NCBI RefSeq assembly: GCF_009914755.1
Contig: NC_060943.1
Length of the DNA stretch: 64,000 nucleotides
Reading direction: 5' to 3' (one strand)
Origin: the human T2T-CHM13v2.0 reference genome, Homo sapiens
Positions 51,953 to 64,000 of the stretch are shown in pieces (the first letter of the stretch is position 1; every line of letters begins with the position of its first letter). Position numbers and translations under genes: made by a program. Under the pieces are notes generated by a model that saw only the letters and a program-made list of their open reading frames with translations, was not told the DNA's origin and searched no databases.

Positions 51953-53292
51953 AATTTATTTTCTTTTTTAAGGTTTTTTTTCTGAAAATTTTATAATATT
52001 TTGGATGGGAATGTATTGCCCTGTTTTGTATACATTGTAATCTTTGATTGATATTTGGACATTTTTTAAAAAGCTACCTGTCACAATCTTTATCACGTAG
52101 CTTTGTCCTGGCATAGTCTGAAAACAATTGTCTTTGCTAGAGATTCTGGGAGTCTTTCAAACATGTTCTTAGGATGTGTCTTGTCTGAAATTTGTTGTTT
52201 ATTTTTTAGTTAAAGAAGTTTATTAATCTTTCTTCTTAATAGTCTTCACTTGCTACACCTGTTCCCTGTCTGTGGTACTGCAGTCTCTCTGCTGCTGTAA
52301 CATTTACCTCTGGTCTCAGCAGACCCAAATTGTCACTCCAAAGTATACCACCATTTCATTCAGCACTTTGTCACTTTGTGACCTCTGTCTCTGCCACCAT
52401 GACCATTTTGTTCATGGACCTATTGGGCAATGACAGGGGTAGCTGGGGAAAGATGCTGAGTGATGTCAACAAAACAGGTCATCCTATCCACTTGATTATC
52501 AAAATCCTCCTCTGCTGAGGTCACCCATTGGTTAGCACTCACATGGGATACAAATATCTTCACAGTTTTTGACCACTCAGGAGGTCCATCCACATACCTC
52601 TTCCCCAAATTTCTTTGTCACCAATTTTTCAATGGTGCTTCTTCCAAGTCCCTGGCAATCCAGTCAAACCATTGGCTAAAGCCCATGATTCAGTATGTAA
52701 TCACACATCTGGCCATTCCTCCTTCCATGCAAAGTGCACAACCAGGTGCACTGCTCAAAATTCTGCCCACTGGGAAGACTTCCCTTCACCACTGTCTTTC
52801 AGGGATGTCCTAGAAAGGAACTGTAGCGCCACAGCTGGGTCCACTTTCAGGTGGTGCCTTCATATTATACAGAACCGTCTGTAAATGAGGCCATAGTCTT
52901 TTCTTCCTCTGTCAAATGATCATAGGGAACTCCCCATTAGGTCATCAGTGCAGGCTGGGGGAGAGAAGGCAGGGTGGCAGAAATGGAGACCATGGGCATT
53001 TGAGCCACTTCCTCATGTAACTTACTTGTGCCTTCAGAACCTGCTCAAGCCCGATCACATATATACCACATCCATTTGATGATGGAATGCTGTTGTGCAT
53101 GACCCACTTTGTGGTTAGATGGGTCAGAAAGCACCCAGTTCATGATAGGCAGTTCAGGTCGCATAGTGACTTGATAAAACATAGTCAAACGTTCAGTTTT
53201 TACCAAAGCCCAGTAACAGGCCAAGAGTTGTCTCTCAAAAGGAGAGTAGTTATCTGCAGAAAATGGCAGGGCTTTGCTCCAAAATCCTAGAG

Positions 53293-53605
53293 GCTGCCAG
53301 GTGCAGTGGCTCATGCCTGTAATCCCAGCACTTTGGGAAGCCGAGGCAAACAGATCACCTGAGGTCAGGAGTTTGAGACCAGCCTGGCCAACATGGTGAA
53401 ACCCCAAGTCTACTAAATATACAAAAATTAGCCAGACGTAGTGGTGGGTGCCTGTAATCCTAGCTACTCAGGAGGCTGAGGCAGGAGATTGCTTGAACCT
53501 GGGAGGTGGAGGTTGCAGTGAGGCAAGTTAATGCCATTGCACTCTAGCCTGGATGACAAGAGCAAGACTCCATCCAAAAAGAAGGAAAGAAAGAAAGAAA
53601 GCAAG

Positions 53606-53672
<67 letters not shown>

Positions 53673-53806
53673 AAAGAAAAGAAGGAAGGCAGAAAGGCAG
53701 GAAGAAGGAAGTCAGGAAGGCAGGAAGGCAGGAAGAAGGAAGTCAGGAAGGCAGGAAGGCAGGAAGGAAGGAAGGAAGGAAGGAAGGAAAGAAAGAAAGA
53801 AAAAAA
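53293..53806 (+). mobile_element. Alu in HERV-L pol with expanded (GAAA)n/(GGAA/GGCA)n tail
   Basis: Dimer to ~53575, purine-rich tail to ~53806; TSD-like AAAATCCTAGAGGC / AAAACTCTAGAGGC. Confidence 0.92.
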
Positions 53807-56764
53807 CTCTAGAGGCCTCTGCTGTGATTCACCTGAGAAGGCTTGCCAAAGGCTGCAAATAGCATCTTTATTTTTCACCGACACCTCAAGATCCATTGGA
53901 TCTCCTGGGTAATATGGCCCAAGTGGCAGAGCAGCTTGCACAGCAGCCTGGACCTGTTGCAGAGCCTTCTTCTTTTCTGGACCACACTCAGAACTGGCAG
54001 CTTTTTGGGTCACTCAATAAATGGGCCAGAGTAACACACCCAAATGAGGAATAGGTTGCCTCCAAAACCCAAATAGGCCCACTAGACATTGTGCCTCTTT
54101 CTTGGTTGTAGGATGGGCCAAATGCAGCAACTTACCTTTTACCTTAGAAGGAATATCTTGACAGGCCCTGGACCACTGGACCCCTGGAAATTTTACTGAG
54201 CTAGAAGGTCCCTAAATTTTAGTCAGACTTATTTTCCATCCTCTGGCATGCAAATGTCTCATGAATAAGTCTGGTGTGTTTGCTATTTCTTGCTCACTGG
54301 ATTCGATCAGCATAATGTCATCAATGCAATGGACAACTGTGATATTTGCAAAAGCAAAAAGCGATAGAGGTCTCTTTGAATAAGATTATGACACAAAGCC
54401 AGAGAGTTAATATATCCATCAGGTAGGACAGTAAAGGTGTATTGCTGGCCTTGCCAGCTGAAAGCAAATTGCTTCTGGTGGGCCTTATGGACAGGAACAG
54501 AGAAAAGGGCATTTGCTAAGTCAATGTCTGCATACCAGGTACCAGGAGATGTGGTAATTTGCTCAAGCAATGAAACTACATCTAGTATGGCAGCTGCAAT
54601 TGGAGTCATCACTTGGTTAAGCTTACGATAATCCACTGTCATTCTCCAAAATCCATCTGTCTTCTGCCAAATGAAAGAGTTGAATGGGGATGTGGTAGGA
54701 ATCACCACCTTTGCGTCTTTTTAGTCCTTAATGGTGGCACTAATCTCTGAAATCCCTCCACGGATGCAATATTGGTTTTGATTTACTATTTTCCCAGGTA
54801 GAGGCAGCTCTAATGGCTTCCATTTGGCTTTTCCCACCCTAATAGCCCTCACCCTACTACTCAGGGAGCCAATGTAGGAGTTCTGCCATCTGCTAAGTAT
54901 GTCTATGCCAATTTTGCATTCTGGAACTGGGGAAATGACCACAGAGTGAGTCTTGGGACCCACTTGATCAACTGTAAGTTGGACCTGAGCTAAATTTCTA
55001 TTAAGTACATGACCTCCATAAGCCTCTACTTTAACTGGAGGACCACAGTGATGTTTTGGGTCCCCTGGAATCAATGTCACCTCAGAGCCAGTGTTTAATA
55101 GTCCCCAAAATGTCCAATCATTTCCCTTTCCCCAATGCACAGTTACCCCATAAAAGGCCAGAGATCTCCTTGGGGAAAGATGGGAGAAAGATTCACTGCA
55201 TAAATTGTCATTAGTGTAGTGGGCTCGTTCCTCAAGGGAATCTGGCCTCTCCTTTATTCAAGGAGTTCTGGGTCTGTAAACTGGCTCAAGTCTGGAAATT
55301 GATTGAGGGGCCATGATTCTCTGTTTTTATATTTAAAATTAGTCTTTTTTCCATTTGACCTAGAAGTTTTCTGCTTGTATAAATTAAGCAGGAATGTAGT
55401 AGGTTTCCTATCAATTTTACTTCTAAGATCACTGTGATGAATCAGCCAATGCTGGAACTCTACAGAAGTCAGACTATTCTGATTGCCGTTTAGCCTCTGC
55501 TGTCCATTACAGTAGCTATGCCCACCTTGCCTTTGATGGTTGAGTGCCACCACTTGGCCCCTGCCATCATGGGATCCAATTATTCCCACTGTATTTAAAT
55601 TTTGTAGTTGAGAGACCACGGTTCCCACTGTTAGATCTGACATGCAGAGAAAAGTAATTACAAGGTTCTTCAAAGATTCAGGTGCTGCTTTCACAAATCT
55701 ATTTTGAAGTCAGTGGTCAAGGGTATATCTTCTGGACTTTCCATGCTGGAATTAGTAGGTCTAAAGTGACTAATCCACTCCAGTATCCCAATGTGCCTAA
55801 GCCTTTTGATTCCTCCCTCTACATTAAGCCAAGGGGCATCAGGCATTTCCAGCTCACTCACAGGGGGGCCATCTTTTAATCCATATTTCAGCTAACCAAG
55901 CAAATAAACTATTAGAAGCTTTTTTAACTCCCCAAGCTGCAACATTAAATGCAGTATTCCTACTTAGTGGGTCCAAATAAATAAATTCAGCCTGGTTCAA
56001 CTCTATGTTCCTTCCACCATAATCCCACACCCTTAATATTCATCCCCAAGCCTGTTCTCCAGATATCTGTTTATATAAATTAGAAAACTCAAGCAGTTCT
56101 TTCTGAGTGTAGTGTACCTCCTCATGGGGCACACTCTCAAACTCACCTCTAGGGGGCCGCTGGGACTTTAGTCTACTTATATGCCTAGAAGCAAACAGGG
56201 GTGTTGAGGGTGGGTCCTGAGAAGAATCAACATTATTTTGCCTGGCAACTTTCTCAGGGGAGGCCATCACAGTTGCCTCAGGCAGTGCAGGGTTTATCTC
56301 AGACAAAGGTGGAAAGGCTGATGGCAGCATGCATCAGAAAGGGGATGTTGCCACTACTGGGGATGGGGAAGCTGTTTTTTCTGACAAAAAGCTCATCAGA
56401 GTTTACAAACTCAGAGCCCCTAGCTTCATCAGGGTCCTCCCATACGTCCCCATTCCAAGTGGCAGGGTCCCATTCTTTTCCAATCAGTGTCCTCACTTTA
56501 ACAGTAGACACCTGGTGAGGCTGTGCATACATCTTTCATTGCAGGTCAGTCACTAACATAATAAGAGTTTGTGTGTGTTTTTCCACAATTTCATCTACAG
56601 GAGATGAGACTCTCACACAGGGCAATCTTAGCAGATTTGAGGCTCAGTAACTGCTTCTGAAGCCAAAAGATAGAATGCCTGAGTTCATCATTTTCTATCA
56701 TCACTTTGTCCATTGAACTTAGGACAACCAGCTTCATTATGTTCCTTGGTTCTCCACATATGGT

Positions 56765-56985
56765 CAAACCTCCACCTCCCAGTTTCAAGCAATTCTCTGC
56801 CTCAGCCTCCTGAGTAGCTGGGATTACAGGCACTCATCAACACACCCGGCTAATTTTTGTATTTTCAGTAGAGAGGGGGTTTCACCATCTTGACCAGGCT
56901 GGTCTTGAACTCCTGAACTCGTGATCCACCTGCCTCAGCACCCCCAAAGTGCTGGGATTACAGGTGTGAGCCACCATGCTCAGCT
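56765..56985 (-). mobile_element. Partial Alu in HERV-L gag
   Basis: Reverse-complement Alu lacking its 3' end and tail. Confidence 0.85.
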
Positions 56986-57246
56986 GGTGAAAGGTATGTA
57001 TAGAGTCACTAAACTCCTTGCCTCTCAAGAGTGATAAATCAGGAGTGTCAAATGCATTTATTTTACATAACTCTCTAAACAGTTCATCCCTAGGACTATC
57101 AGTGTTCTCCACACTATTAGAAGTAGAGTCCTTAGCATTTTTGGGTCTAATCATATTAAGCAGCCAACCCCCGAAACACCAGAATCAAAAAAAGAACTCC
57201 ATCCTTAATATTCTGTTCCTCTAGAACCACTCCTGTTACCAAAATC

Positions 57247-57688
57247 TGTATTAGTCAGGGTTCTCCAGAGGGACAGAACTAATGGTGTGCGTATATATAC
57301 ATATATGTTAATTAAGTATTAACTCACACAATCACTAGATCTCACAACAGGCCATCTGTAGGCTGAGAATCAAGGAGAGCCACTCCAAGTTCCAAAACTG
57401 AAGAACTTGGAGTCTGATGTTCAAGGGCAGGAAGCATCCAGCACAGGAGAAAGATGTAGGCTGGGAGACTAGGCCAGTCTTTCTTTTCACATTTTTCTGC
57501 CTGCTTATATTCTGGCCACGTTGGCAGTTGATTAGATTGTGCCCATCCAGATTAAGGGTGAGTCTGCCTTTTCCAGCCAACTGACTCAGTTGTTAATCTC
57601 CTTTGGCAACACCCTCACAGACACATCCAGGATTAATACTTTGTATCCTTCAATCCAGTCACGTTGACACACAGTATTAACCACCACA
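57247..57688 (-). mobile_element. 5' LTR of HERV-L (MLT2A family)
   Basis: Minus strand TGTGGTGGTTAATACTG ... GAACCCTGACTAATACA directly followed by the PBS; internal (TA)n typical of MLT2A. Confidence 0.88.

Positions 57689-64000
<6,312 letters not shown>

Larger units (their letters stand above)
52379..57246 (-). mobile_element. HERV-L internal region (gag, pro, RT, RNase H; truncated at the start of integrase)
   Basis: PBS-like TGGTAACAGGAGTGG just after the LTR; gag (KVRTLIGKEWDPATWNGDVWEDP), protease (LLNTGSEVTLIPGDP), RT ([13 protein letters not shown]...DIDLANA...[17 protein letters not shown]), RNase H (KIFVSHVSA); multiple stops. Confidence 0.9.

Noticed and set aside
53528-54013. 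Long K/E/R-rich and F/L/S-rich ORFs
   Set aside because: Read-through of the purine microsatellite in an Alu tail

Overview
Primate (human or great-ape) genomic DNA from a KRAB zinc-finger cluster of the ZNF91 subfamily (19p12 type); nothing in it looks prokaryotic. The window holds the 5' part of a minus-strand KRAB-ZNF gene whose spliced translation matches my recollection of ZNF676. Its parts are a promoter with an ATG-terminated exon 1 (~34.3-34.5 kb), a 127-nt KRAB-A exon (15245-15371), a 96-nt KRAB-B exon (11661-11756) and the start of the spacer/zinc-finger exon (225 to beyond the left edge). The introns carry a near-full-length L1PA7/8-type LINE-1, a deleted HERV-K(HML-6)/LTR3 provirus between the two KRAB exons, a BNIP3 processed pseudogene, older L1/LTR fragments and many Alus. 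Upstream of the promoter lie an L1PB fragment, an exon-less and internally inverted paralogous copy of the gene's own intron 3, a truncated HERV-L and a beta-satellite-like array with a ~2 kb higher-order period. The most interesting unannotated-looking items are (i) a dead 93-nt ZNF100/430/431-type exon whose splice-acceptor region is amplified into a 6x41-bp tandem repeat, (ii) the rearranged intron relic and (iii) several retroelement-based routes to KRAB-less or antisense transcripts. I found no evidence for a wholly new biological system. All family and gene names come from memory of consensus sequences, not from database searches, and repeat boundaries are approximate.
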